From IMG/VR virus record IMGVR_UViG_3300030613_000002, positions 1 to 49,240 of that record: 49,240 nucleotides of DNA; one strand, written 5' to 3'. This document shows, in pieces, positions 7,452 to 15,910 of this stretch. This DNA is from a virus. How positions within the stretch are numbered: the stretch's first letter is position 1; the number at the start of each line of letters is the position of its first letter. The position numbers were made by a program, and so were the translations under genes. The notes under the pieces were generated by a model, which was not told the origin of the DNA, did not search any database, and worked only from the letters and a program-made list of their open reading frames with translations.

Positions 7452-7679
7452 ATGAAGAAGGAGCAACCGAAACTCACAATTACCATCACCATGAAGGACG
7501 GCGGCCCCGTGCCAGCGAAGTTGCTCTGCAAGGTTGTCAAGAACGCGGTGAAGGCGCTTGAGGCCATCGAGGAGTCCAAGACGGGCAAGAAGGCGGAGCT
7601 CGAATGGGTTCTCACCAGCGTCAAGGAGACACGCGAGGACAAGGACGAAGGCCATGCCGCGCCGCCAGAGAGAGAGTAA
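7452..7679 (+). CDS. hypothetical protein
   Basis: GGAGGAATGAC precedes the ATG. 75 aa, Lys/Glu rich. Confidence 0.55.
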   Translation: MKKEQPKLTITITMKDGGPVPAKLLCKVVKNAVKALEAIEESKTGKKAELEWVLTSVKETREDKDEGHAAPPERE

Positions 7680-7774
7680 CGTGGTCACCTATCTCCCAAA
7701 CGCCCGAACCAGTAGCGGGCCAGGTGTGCGGCGTCAAAGGGCTGCCAGGACTGCTTTGCGGGCCGGAATAAGGC

Positions 7775-7791
7775 AGCCCCAGGCATGGCCT
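7775..7791. repeat. 17-bp direct repeat, copy 1 (flanks the C5-methyltransferase gene)
   Basis: AGCCCCAGGCATGGCCT is also found at 8745..8761. Confidence 0.85.
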
Positions 7792-7805
7792 TGGGGTAGA
7801 ATAAC

Positions 7806-8774
7806 ATGCGGATATTCAGCCTGTTCGCTGGTATAGGAGGTTTTGAATTTGGACTGCAAGGATGGGGAGAGTGCGTTGGCTACTCCGAAATCGACAAGTG
7901 GGCGACCGGCATCCACGACTACCACTGGCCTGGAGTCCCAAACTTCAGCGACGCCACTACAATCAACCCAGATGATCTTCCAGAGTTTGATCTGCTCTGC
8001 GCTGGATTCCCATGCCAATCATTTAGCATTGCGGGCCGGCGTGAAGGATTTCGGGATGTTAGGGGAACTCTTTTCTTTGAGATCGCCCGAATCGCTGGGG
8101 CTGCGAGACCCGATTATCTTCTCCTTGAAAACGTCAAAGGGCTTCTCGGCCATGATGGAGGAGACACGTTTGCCCAAATCCTTGAGACGCTTTCAAACGT
8201 GGGGTATGACCTGCAATGGCAATGTCTTAACAGCAAGGACTTCGGCGTCCCGCAAAATAGGGAGCGGGTCTTCATTATCGGACATTCTCGAACCGTCGCC
8301 CGCCCCCAAGTATTTCCTCTCGGAAGCGATGGTGCAGTTGCTCCTCAAAAGAGCAAAGAAGTACGGGTGGGATGCCTTAGTGATAGACAAGGAAGAATGC
8401 GGAACAGAGAGTTGATACTCCACACGAACAAGGCCAACATGGTGACTCCTCACGAAGAAGCGCAGGCCCTACGAAGTGGAGCAAGCCACAATTATCAGAC
8501 GGTGGCTAATTGCATTCGCCCCGTCGCCAACAGAAGCGCCATGAATTACGGTTTGCGGCAGGGCGATTCCATCCGCCGTTTGACGCCGTTGGAGTGCGAA
8601 CGGCTTCAAGGGTTCCCTGACGGTTGGACTCGGTGGGCTTTGATTGACGGCAAGAAGGTTGAGGTGTCTGACACGCAGCGTTACAAGTGTCTGGGGAATG
8701 CAGTTACGGTGAACGTGGTGGCGGCGATATGCCTGCCCCTCAGTAGCCCCAGGCATGGCCTAGAAAGGAGATGA
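7806..8774 (+). CDS. dcm: DNA (cytosine-5) methyltransferase
   Basis: Motifs FSLFAGIGGF (I), GFPCQSFS (IV, catalytic Cys), ENVKGL (VI), QNRERVFIIG (VIII), RLTPLECERLQGFPDGWT and GNAVTVNV (X). Confidence 0.93.
   Translation: MRIFSLFAGIGGFEFGLQGWGECVGYSEIDKWATGIHDYHWPGVPNFSDATTINPDDLPEFDLLCAGFPCQSFSIAGRREGFRDVRGTLFFEIARIAGAARPDYLLLENVKGLLGHDGGDTFAQILETLSNVGYDLQWQCLNSKDFGVPQNRERVFIIGHSRTVARPQVFPLGSDGAVAPQKSKEVRVGCLSDRQGRMRNRELILHTNKANMVTPHEEAQALRSGASHNYQTVANCIRPVANRSAMNYGLRQGDSIRRLTPLECERLQGFPDGWTRWALIDGKKVEVSDTQRYKCLGNAVTVNVVAAICLPLSSPRHGLERR
8745..8761. repeat. 17-bp direct repeat, copy 2
   Basis: Identical to 7775..7791. Lies in the last codons of dcm, just before the RBS of the next gene. 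Confidence 0.85.
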
Positions 8775-8778
8775 CGGG

Positions 8779-8979
8779 ATGAAGTGGCCCGAACACTGCG
8801 GAGTTCCGATGGTCTATCTGGGCGACCAGGATGCGTTCCTGGAGCACAAGCCCAAGACCCCGCGACCAACCCCAGAGACGGAGGCCCACTATTACTGCGA
8901 GGATTGTCGTGGGCACTTCCGGCAGGAGTTCTCAATTCGCAACCCAGATGAGCGCACAAAATCGTCTGAGAGCCGCTAA
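8779..8979 (+). CDS. hypothetical protein
   Basis: AAAGGAGATGACGGG precedes the ATG. 66 aa. Confidence 0.5.
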   Translation: MKWPEHCGVPMVYLGDQDAFLEHKPKTPRPTPETEAHYYCEDCRGHFRQEFSIRNPDERTKSSESR

Positions 8980-9485
8980 GCGCGGTGTAGATTCATATGG
9001 CAAGTAGCGCATACAGTAATAACGTCACGCAGAGAACCAAGGCTAGACTGCCCACCATGCTTTAGATGATGAACTTGCAGATTCACAGTCTCATGACACA
9101 GAACGCATCTCTGTGCATCCCGTTCTCGCGCCTGAACGGTAAGTTGCGTCCATTCCGTCACAGGATATTCTCTGTTAGACCACCGACCCCTATTGGAGTC
9201 CTTGTTTGCTGCCAGGTGGCAGAGCCGGGAGCAATGTTTCCGATAGGTGACCTGACTCGGCGATACCATAAACAGGAGACCACAATACTTACATATAATC
9301 TCGGCACGTTCAACGAACCTATGTCGGTAGCGATTTCCACAAGTGCGCGAGCAACACTCTTGTTTGTGCTGGCCATGTGAGGCAGGATAGAAGGCCTTAC
9401 CACATTGAAGACAGGACTGGGGTGGATGTTCATGAGGTGGCCTGCCTAAGCGCAAAACTATATCTTGATGGCATGATGCTGTCAT
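8976..9485 (-). CDS. HNH endonuclease with zinc-ribbon repeats
   Basis: CLQCGK...CCSRTC and CKYCG...HCSRLC repeats, followed by CVLCH...VHHLKH...ITVCATCHMNLH. Confidence 0.8.
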   Translation of the reverse strand: MTASCHQDIVLRLGRPPHEHPPQSCLQCGKAFYPASHGQHKQECCSRTCGNRYRHRFVERAEIICKYCGLLFMVSPSQVTYRKHCSRLCHLAANKDSNRGRWSNREYPVTEWTQLTVQARERDAQRCVLCHETVNLQVHHLKHGGQSSLGSLRDVITVCATCHMNLHRA

Positions 9486-9493
9486 AATGAAAG

Positions 9494-9522
9494 ATGATAT
9501 ACCAACACCAATGCCATGTCAA
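9494..9522 (-). promoter_or_regulatory. sigma70-like promoter for the 9485 HNH gene (near-leaderless)
   Basis: Minus strand reads TTGACA (9522..9517), a 17-nt spacer, TATCAT (9499..9494), then 8 nt to the ATG. No Shine-Dalgarno is possible in that space. Confidence 0.6.
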
Positions 9523-9616
9523 GTCGCGATATAAGCCCCAGGAGCGAAAGTTAGGGCGTTTGCGGTCAATCATGTCAAAAGGCCGAATCGGACGCCCTAC
9601 GGGGCTAGAATCGCTT

Positions 9617-9645
9617 CTTGACAGATGCAGGGGGAAGTAGTAAGG
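9617..9645 (+). promoter_or_regulatory. candidate sigma70-like promoter of the replication block
   Basis: TTGACA (9617..9622), a 17-nt spacer, TAAGGT (9640..9645). About 100 nt upstream of the 9753 gene. Confidence 0.4.
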
Positions 9646-9752
9646 TGAAGGTGGCCGTCCAGGGAGTCGAGAGACCACCCGGTGCGCCTGCATGGCTCGG
9701 AGTGCCAACCCATTCCGGCGGCGGCCACAAACTATCTGGTTGGAGGTAGAAG

Positions 9753-10673
9753 ATGGGACACGAAGACTCACCAATGAACGCCGCCAGGTTGGATGGGGAT
9801 AAGGCGGCAGTGCCAGCAAAGAGCCTGCGGGATGAGGAGTGGCATCGGCAGGTTCTTTTCGCAGCGATTCCGCTCCCCGTGCTTCTAGACCCCGGATTAT
9901 CACCAGGGGCAGTCCGTCTATATGGGTATCTGCGAGTGCGGCGTGGTGGGAACTCTGAAACCTGGGTTGGTCAGGAGCGGATTCAGGCAGATTTGGGTAT
10001 TGGTAGCAACCGGACGATTCAAGGACAGTTGAGGGAACTGAAAGGGGCGGGTTATCTCGAAAGCAAGCGGCGGGGCATTGGTGATACCAATCTATACCGG
10101 CTGCCCCGGATAGAAGATGCCATGAAGGTAATGCCAGATGAATACAAGGCTGCCCTCGTGGAGAAACTCAGTGCCTATGGAATATCAGAGGAGGATATTC
10201 GCTTGCTCGATGGTGCAGAAAGCGCACTGGCGGATAGTGCACAAAAGGGACATTCAAGAAAGTGCAGAAACAGCACTACTAATAAGAGACAAGAAGAAGT
10301 AGATACAAGACATAACAAGACCCCCCCCTCCCCCCCGTCGGGGGGAGATGAGATTCCTGAACCTACAAACATCGCGGAGGAAAAGCCAACGGAGTGGGCT
10401 AACCGCAAACTCCAGGAGTTCTGCACGGCAGCCCTTAACCGGTATGGCACACCGCTCCGCCTGAGTTTCGCCCGCTCCAACAAGGCATTATGCCAACGGG
10501 TGAAGTCTGGAGCGACACGACTTGAGGTCGGGACGGTCCTGGCCGAGGTGCTCTACGAGACGGATGATGCTTTTGTGGCTGCGCTGCGGGGAGACATTCC
10601 GAGGGCCATGAGTGACTACTGGTTCAATCGGTTATTGACGCGGGCAATGGAACGAGAGCGGAATGGAGCCTAG
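9753..10673 (+). CDS. wHTH DNA-binding protein, probable replication initiator / helicase-loading partner
   Basis: GGAGGTAGAAG precedes the ATG. The segment WVGQERIQADLGIGSNRTIQGQLRELKGAGYLE looks like a winged helix. Sits immediately upstream of dnaB. Confidence 0.55.
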   Translation: MGHEDSPMNAARLDGDKAAVPAKSLRDEEWHRQVLFAAIPLPVLLDPGLSPGAVRLYGYLRVRRGGNSETWVGQERIQADLGIGSNRTIQGQLRELKGAGYLESKRRGIGDTNLYRLPRIEDAMKVMPDEYKAALVEKLSAYGISEEDIRLLDGAESALADSAQKGHSRKCRNSTTNKRQEEVDTRHNKTPPSPPSGGDEIPEPTNIAEEKPTEWANRKLQEFCTAALNRYGTPLRLSFARSNKALCQRVKSGATRLEVGTVLAEVLYETDDAFVAALRGDIPRAMSDYWFNRLLTRAMERERNGA

Positions 10674-10675
10674 TT

Positions 10676-12058
10676 GTGCGTAAAGCCGCGCCACCCTCCT
10701 CCGACCTTCTCCCCCCCCACGATGATGAAGCCGAGCAGTGCACCCTCGGTTCAATGCTGCTGGACGTGGAGGCCGCGGATGTGGCGATTGATCTACTGAC
10801 CGCGCCCGACTTCTACCGGGAAGCGAATCAAACCATCTTTACCGCCATCTCCGACCTTCGGGCAAAGGCGGAGGTGCCTGATCTAGTTACGGCCACCTTC
10901 GCCCTTCGAGACGCCAAACAGGAGGATAGGGTTGGCGGGTCCGCCTATCTCTCCGCACTTATCTCACGGGTTCCCTCGGCGAAGAACATCAATCGCTACG
11001 CCCAGGAACTGAAACGACGCAGCCTGGAGCGTCAATTGCTTCTCGCGGGCAACAATATCATGGCGTTGGCCCACGAGCCAGAGGGCGTGTTCGGCGCCAA
11101 ATACAGCAAGGCCCTGGGTATGCTCTACAACCTAGAGGCCGGGGCTGACCAGGGGTTCCGGCCTCTCCAACCTGCGATGAGGGAGCATTGGGAGGCGCTC
11201 TGTCAGGTCCGTGAGGGGCAGGCCGAACTTGTAGGGCTGCCGACCCCGTTTCCCAAACTCAACGAATTGTCTGGCGGGCTACGACCTGGGACCATGACGG
11301 TGCTTGGTGGAGACCCTGGGGAGGGTAAGACCCAGTTCGCCATTCAGATCATCGAGCATCTCGTAAAACAGATGCCGGAGATCGGCGTTGCGGTTTTCAC
11401 GCTGGAGATGCTTGACCGCCAGTATGCCGCCCGTCTCCTGACGTCACTGACCAAACTCGACCTCCGTACACTAGAGCGGCGGCGGGATGATCCGAAGGCC
11501 GTGAGCGATGAGGAATGGAAGTGGGCGTTTGAGAGGAGCGAGGAGTTGGGGCGGAAGCGCGTGTGGATTGACGACTCATTCCCCCGGTTCGAGCAGTGCC
11601 GCGCCAGGTTATTCAGGTTGATACGGCGGGAGCGGATTGATCTTGTGGTGGCAGACTACGTTCAGCTGATTCGTAGCGAGGCTCAATTTGACCGTGAGGA
11701 TCAAGAGATTGCGATGATTTCGGTTCAATTCGCGGAATTGGCGAAAACGCTCCCCTGCCATGTGATCCTGATTAGCCAACTCCGCCGCCCGATGGCGATG
11801 GGGAAACGGCCCAAGCCGACGCTACGTGATTTCAAGGGGAGTTCGGGCCTTGAACAGGCGGCGAGTCTAGGTTTGTTGCTGTGGCGGCCAGACGGCGGCG
11901 AGCGGGCCGACCTCATCCTCACCAAGAATCGCTACGGCCCTGCCGGGGAGATTGAATTGTCGTGGGAGGCCGACCGGGGTTTGTTCAGCGGGGGTTTGGA
12001 GTTTTGGAAAGGGGAGAAAGACAAGGAGGAGCAACCAGATGTATTCAGTCCGGCCTAG
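10676..12058 (+). CDS. dnaB: replicative DNA helicase DnaB
   Basis: N-terminal PPHDDEAEQCTLGSMLLD, Walker A GGDPGEGKTQFAIQ, Walker B LVVADYVQL, and ISQLRR. GTG start. Confidence 0.9.
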   Translation: MRKAAPPSSDLLPPHDDEAEQCTLGSMLLDVEAADVAIDLLTAPDFYREANQTIFTAISDLRAKAEVPDLVTATFALRDAKQEDRVGGSAYLSALISRVPSAKNINRYAQELKRRSLERQLLLAGNNIMALAHEPEGVFGAKYSKALGMLYNLEAGADQGFRPLQPAMREHWEALCQVREGQAELVGLPTPFPKLNELSGGLRPGTMTVLGGDPGEGKTQFAIQIIEHLVKQMPEIGVAVFTLEMLDRQYAARLLTSLTKLDLRTLERRRDDPKAVSDEEWKWAFERSEELGRKRVWIDDSFPRFEQCRARLFRLIRRERIDLVVADYVQLIRSEAQFDREDQEIAMISVQFAELAKTLPCHVILISQLRRPMAMGKRPKPTLRDFKGSSGLEQAASLGLLLWRPDGGERADLILTKNRYGPAGEIELSWEADRGLFSGGLEFWKGEKDKEEQPDVFSPA

Positions 12059-12635
12059 CGAGGAGCGCCGGGTATGCGCCCTCCCTGGTTGTAGCAAGCT
12101 CCTCAAATATGGGCAAGAGAGATACTGTGGCAGAGGACATCAAGGTATGGGCAGACGCCGCGGCCGTTGGCTTGAATGTGCCCGTAACGGCTGCCAGATC
12201 AAGTTCTACTTATCCTCAAGCGCCGAGAAGAAAGGTGGTCTGCATTACTGCTCGCAGCGCTGTAAAGGCATCGGTCAAAGGGTGCCTCAGGTCCAGTTCC
12301 AGTGTCCTGTCTGCAGGGGGCTAGTCATGCGGCCAAGACACAAAGCGCGTCAGTTGAGGTTGACTGGTTCACATCCTTGTTGTTCAAGGGCTTGTGTTGG
12401 AGTTTACGCTGTGCTCCGACAGGAGTTCAAACAGCATGGAACCGAGGGAATCCGGGACAGTTTCGCGCAGGCTGTGTCGCTCTGGATCGCGGGGAACCCC
12501 ATTGACAGCAAAGCGGCGGGCGGAGCTTATGCTTTCGCCCGCCACCTTGCAGATCGCGCCGTTCAGTTGGCGACTTTGCCAGTAGCCATCGTTGATGACC
12601 AGGTTCAGGTTGTGGTCCGCCGCGAACCAGGTTAG
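12039..12635 (+). CDS. multi-zinc-ribbon protein, paralog of the HNH family without a recognisable HNH motif
   Basis: AAGGAGGAGCAACCAG precedes the ATG, inside the dnaB 3' end. Repeats CALPGC...YCGRGH, CARNGC...YCSQRC and CPVC...CCSRAC. Confidence 0.6.
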   Translation: MYSVRPSEERRVCALPGCSKLLKYGQERYCGRGHQGMGRRRGRWLECARNGCQIKFYLSSSAEKKGGLHYCSQRCKGIGQRVPQVQFQCPVCRGLVMRPRHKARQLRLTGSHPCCSRACVGVYAVLRQEFKQHGTEGIRDSFAQAVSLWIAGNPIDSKAAGGAYAFARHLADRAVQLATLPVAIVDDQVQVVVRREPG

Positions 12636-12934
12636 TTCTGGGTGCTTCGCAGGAACGCCTCCACGTCCTCCAAGCGGTAGCGCCTATCTCCCCGGACTCC
12701 TGGCCGGATGAACGGCGGCCCCTGCTTCCACTTTGCCCACCAGTCGAGCAAGGTTTGGCGGGTGATGCCCAGCATGGTGGCGGTCTGGGTGCTGGTTAGC
12801 CAAAGGGTTCCGTCCCTGCCCACGTTAGCCGTGCCCGCCCTCCCTGGGGAACAGTCCGGGCACAGTCCATTCTCCAGATTGGGCCTCGGTTGCCCGCAAA
12901 GGCGGCAGGTTGGGGTCAGCTCATCCTTCCTCAT
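12632..12934 (-). CDS. xis: excisionase-like HTH protein with an N-terminal zinc ribbon
   Basis: CRLCG...CPDC followed by WLTSTQTATMLGITRQTLLDWW...RRYRLEDVEAFL (MerR/excisionase-type HTH). GGAGG precedes the ATG at 12934. Overlaps the integrase 3' end. Confidence 0.65.
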   Translation of the reverse strand: MRKDELTPTCRLCGQPRPNLENGLCPDCSPGRAGTANVGRDGTLWLTSTQTATMLGITRQTLLDWWAKWKQGPPFIRPGVRGDRRYRLEDVEAFLRSTQN

Positions 12935-13856
12935 CGGTTCGCCTCCGTAGTTTGATGTAGGTTGTCGCCGCATCCTTCAACTCATCGAAGGCCCGATAGT
13001 AACGGACAGTCGTGGAGAGATCCGCGTGCCCTAAATCGTGGCTTGTCCTGTGGACTGGTGAACCCCCTTCAATTGCAAGCGTGGTGAACGTGGCCCGCAA
13101 GCAATGGGGGCTGATCCGTTTACCGTTGAGTCCCGCCTGGTTAGCGTACTGCTTGACCAACTGCCAAATTGCGGTTCCACTCAAGGCACGTGGGGGTTGG
13201 GAAAGCCGTCCCCTGCCCTTCCCATCCCAGGCGGGGAATATCGGATCGGCGGCAGTTAGCCCTGCGATCTGCGCCCAGCGCAGGACCGGGTCTAGGGCGT
13301 CCGGCATTATCCTGATCCGCCGTTCCTTGCCGCCTTTGCCCTTGACCGCCAAGACTGCCATTCCGTTGTCCTCCGAGAGGTCGCCGCACAGCAGGCTTGC
13401 CGCTTCCCGCCGCCGGAGTCCCGTCCTCACAAGTAGGCTCAGGAGGGCATAGTCGCGCCAGCCCTTTGACGTTTCGAGATTCGGTTGGGCGAGAAGCGCT
13501 TCTGCCTCGGTTTGGGTGAGGGCAGGGGTTTTCCCCTCCTGCGACACAGGTTGACTCCGAACATCCTCTGCCGGCGATTGCCCGATGATCCCCTGCCGGT
13601 TGCGCCATCCGAAGAAACGGCGGGCGACAGACAACCGGCGGGCGATGGTGGAGGGCGCGAGGCCCTCCCCCATCATCTTGTCGCGCCACGCGATCACGTC
13701 CGCCCGGGTTGGGAACCGTTGCCCCGTGAACGCCAGCAGGTTGGAGAAGTCCTGCCAATAGGCGCGGCGAGTCTCCTCGCTCACGTACGCGAGGACAAAC
13801 TCGTGGGCCAGTTCCGCGATCTGGTTGCCTGGTATTGCCAGGTTGGTTTCAGGCAT
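12921..13856 (-). CDS. int: tyrosine recombinase / integrase
   Basis: VRTGLRRREA (Arg I), HCLRATFTT (H-x-x-R), LGHADLSTTVRYY (His and the Tyr nucleophile). GGGAGG precedes the ATG at 13856. Confidence 0.9.
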   Translation of the reverse strand: MPETNLAIPGNQIAELAHEFVLAYVSEETRRAYWQDFSNLLAFTGQRFPTRADVIAWRDKMMGEGLAPSTIARRLSVARRFFGWRNRQGIIGQSPAEDVRSQPVSQEGKTPALTQTEAEALLAQPNLETSKGWRDYALLSLLVRTGLRRREAASLLCGDLSEDNGMAVLAVKGKGGKERRIRIMPDALDPVLRWAQIAGLTAADPIFPAWDGKGRGRLSQPPRALSGTAIWQLVKQYANQAGLNGKRISPHCLRATFTTLAIEGGSPVHRTSHDLGHADLSTTVRYYRAFDELKDAATTYIKLRRRTDEEG

Positions 13857-14097
13857 GGTGTCCAACCTCCCAGTCCTTGAAGAATTCGCCGCTTGCGGGC
13901 CAGCGAAACAGGATATAGGGCCAGACCCACCCGCCATTCCACAACCAGCGCAGACACACGGGGCTAATTCCGCGAAGGATTTCAACGTCCAGCCCGCCAT
14001 CATCCGCAATTCCCACGCTCAATTCGAGGTGAATCCGACCGAGCGGCCTGTTACGTTTCCTCCACCAACCGAGAAGTGATTGTTTCAATAGGTTCAT
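13849..14097 (-). CDS. hypothetical protein (Trp-rich)
   Basis: GAGGAGCAGGGAAACC precedes the ATG at 14097. 82 aa. Confidence 0.5.
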   Translation of the reverse strand: MNLLKQSLLGWWRKRNRPLGRIHLELSVGIADDGGLDVEILRGISPVCLRWLWNGGWVWPYILFRWPASGEFFKDWEVGHHA

Positions 14098-14114
14098 GGT
14101 TTCCCTGCTCCTCA

Positions 14115-14273
14115 TTAACCGCAGCAGCCTATCAGGGCCGCGCAGCCCATAATCAGGAATGGCAAGGCCGCCAGGATCAGGATAAGTCCGAAGCAGCCGG
14201 TTATCCCCGCTGAGGCTTGCGCTTGCCGCGCCAGCATGATGCGCTTCAGTTCCTCGTCAAGGTTGTTGGACAT
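14115..14273 (-). CDS. 52-aa membrane protein (below the ORF-track cutoff)
   Basis: GGGGAGGGGGTGAACC precedes the ATG. Encodes MSNNLDEELKRIMLARQAQASAGITGCFGLILILAALPFLIMGCAALIGCCG, with one clear TM helix. Confidence 0.5.
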   Translation of the reverse strand: MSNNLDEELKRIMLARQAQASAGITGCFGLILILAALPFLIMGCAALIGCCG

Positions 14274-14478
14274 GGTTCACCCCCTCCCCGTTGTTACTAC
14301 GCCCCAACACAAAGGGCCGTCCGGCCTCGGTTTTCTGCCCCAGCAGGCCGCGCACTTGCTCAATGCTGGGGCCTCCCTGCCACCTCACGTTGATATAGGT
14401 TCCCACGTCTTCAATCTCAAACGTCCAGCGGATCAGGTCGAGCCGCCGCTGGATTATGCGTTTCTCTCCTTTGCTCAT
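14257..14478 (-). CDS. hypothetical protein
   Basis: GGAAGGATAGACG precedes the ATG. 73 aa. Confidence 0.5.
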   Translation of the reverse strand: MSKGEKRIIQRRLDLIRWTFEIEDVGTYINVRWQGGPSIEQVRGLLGQKTEAGRPFVLGRSNNGEGVNHVQQP

Positions 14479-14481
14479 CGT

Positions 14482-14634
14482 CTATCCTTCCCTTTTCCTT
14501 GCCAGGTGTCGCGCCGCCAGTTCTCCGGCCAGACAGTAAAGTTGTATCCGCGCCATCCGCACATTCGGATAGCGGCGGCAAAGCCGTTTCCACCAGATTG
14601 CCTGCCAGAACTCCCAGGTTCGTCTATCGCCCAT
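14482..14634 (-). CDS. possible 50-aa basic protein
   Basis: Encodes MGDRRTWEFWQAIWWKRLCRRYPNVRMARIQLYCLAGELAARHLARKREG. Its TAG stop lies 3 nt before the next ATG. Competes with the Gly-rich 14475..14714 ORF, which looks less protein-like. Confidence 0.3.
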   Translation of the reverse strand: MGDRRTWEFWQAIWWKRLCRRYPNVRMARIQLYCLAGELAARHLARKREG

Positions 14635-14818
14635 TCGCCATCACCGCCTGTTGGTAACGCTTCACCCAGTAACGCCGTAGGCGCTTGAGCCCCTTCCGGG
14701 TTGTGCCGTAGCATCCGGGGTAACTTCGGCCTTGCCTACAAGCCCGGATTATCGCATCCCATCCAATAATCCCCTCCAGGCAAGTGCGCTTGTGAACTTT
14801 CGGGTCAACTTGATACAT
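14624..14818 (-). CDS. hypothetical basic protein
   Basis: AAGAGGTGAACC precedes the ATG. 64 aa. Confidence 0.5.
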   Translation of the reverse strand: MYQVDPKVHKRTCLEGIIGWDAIIRACRQGRSYPGCYGTTRKGLKRLRRYWVKRYQQAVMANGR

Positions 14819-14839
14819 GGTTCACCTCTTTGTCCTCCT

Positions 14840-15052
14840 CTACCATTGCCGCTGAGTTGAGCGAACCCCCACCAAGACCTCTTCCCACACGAGCATCACC
14901 CAGGGCGGATTGCTGGGATTGAAAAGGTTGCTCATCGTCATGCTGATTCTCCAGTAACCATTCCCCACCGGAGACGTTGGACTGTGAACTTCTACCTCGC
15001 ATCCCAACTCACTCAGGACTTGTGCGCCTAGCCTTGCTTCTGCTCTGGTCAT
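14840..15052 (-). CDS. hypothetical protein
   Basis: GGGATAGGAGGATACG precedes the ATG. 70 aa. Confidence 0.5.
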   Translation of the reverse strand: MTRAEARLGAQVLSELGCEVEVHSPTSPVGNGYWRISMTMSNLFNPSNPPWVMLVWEEVLVGVRSTQRQW

Positions 15053-15061
15053 CGTATCCTC

Positions 15062-15910
15062 CTATCCCTCAAAGTGCTTTCTTGCCTCACGGATGAGGTT
15101 GGTTAGGTTTTCCCGCGCCAACTCCATTTTCCGAATAGTGATCCCGACCTCCCCTTGCCACAGTTCCTCGTGAAACGACTGCTGGTTGTTATCCCAGACG
15201 GTTGCCGCGATCTCCTCCAGGTGTTTGATGACCTTATCCAGTTTCTGCCCGTTGCCCTTGCTCACGCCATTCTTGGGCGTTGGCAGTTGCCCTTCCCCGA
15301 AAAGCGGGTTGGCCGCCGCTAGGTTCCTCAAAGGTTGGGCGGTTGCTTCTACCGTCTCGAGGCGGCGGGTTCTGGCGTAGATGTCGGCCAGTTTGAAGTG
15401 GTGGACAGGCGCGACTCCCCGGAGACAGTTCACAAAGCCGACCGGTAGGGCCCCCTTGTCTATGCCTTGTTGAAGGTTAGGGTGAAGGTTCAAGATCGCC
15501 AGACGCAGTTGAACGTAGGGCAGCGACTTCCCGATCTTGTTGGCAATAGATTCCTCAGTCGCGCCCCGCCGCCGGAACTCAAGAAAGCCATTCGCTTCCT
15601 CGAGGGGCGTCAGATCCGCGCGTTGAAGGTTCTCAATGACGGTCAGTAGGTGGGCCTGCCCCTCGTCCATTGTCTCCACCAGGGCCGGAACCTTCGCCCA
15701 GTTGAGTCGCTTGACGGCCCTCAGCCGCCGTTCGCCTGCCACCAACTCATACCGCCCGTTTACCTGCCGGACGGTCAATGGTTGGAGCAGGCCGTTTTGC
15801 CCTATGGACTGCGCGAGTTCAGTTAGGGCCTCCTCCCCGAAGTATTGCCGGGGTTGATGGGGGGAGGGGTCTATCCTCCCCACCTCGATCTCAAGAAGTT
15901 GTGGTGTCAT
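15062..15910 (-). CDS. parB: ParB-like nuclease/DNA-binding domain protein
   Basis: IDPSPHQPRQYF, GLLQPLTV, YELVAGERRLRA and ENLQRADLTPLEEA are ParB/Spo0J N-terminal domain motifs. Confidence 0.85.
   Translation of the reverse strand: MTPQLLEIEVGRIDPSPHQPRQYFGEEALTELAQSIGQNGLLQPLTVRQVNGRYELVAGERRLRAVKRLNWAKVPALVETMDEGQAHLLTVIENLQRADLTPLEEANGFLEFRRRGATEESIANKIGKSLPYVQLRLAILNLHPNLQQGIDKGALPVGFVNCLRGVAPVHHFKLADIYARTRRLETVEATAQPLRNLAAANPLFGEGQLPTPKNGVSKGNGQKLDKVIKHLEEIAATVWDNNQQSFHEELWQGEVGITIRKMELARENLTNLIREARKHFEG

Noticed and set aside
14475-14714. 79-aa minus-strand ORF
   Set aside because: It is Gly-rich and low complexity, has no RBS, and overlaps two better-supported frames (14624..14818 and the 50-aa 14482..14634 candidate).
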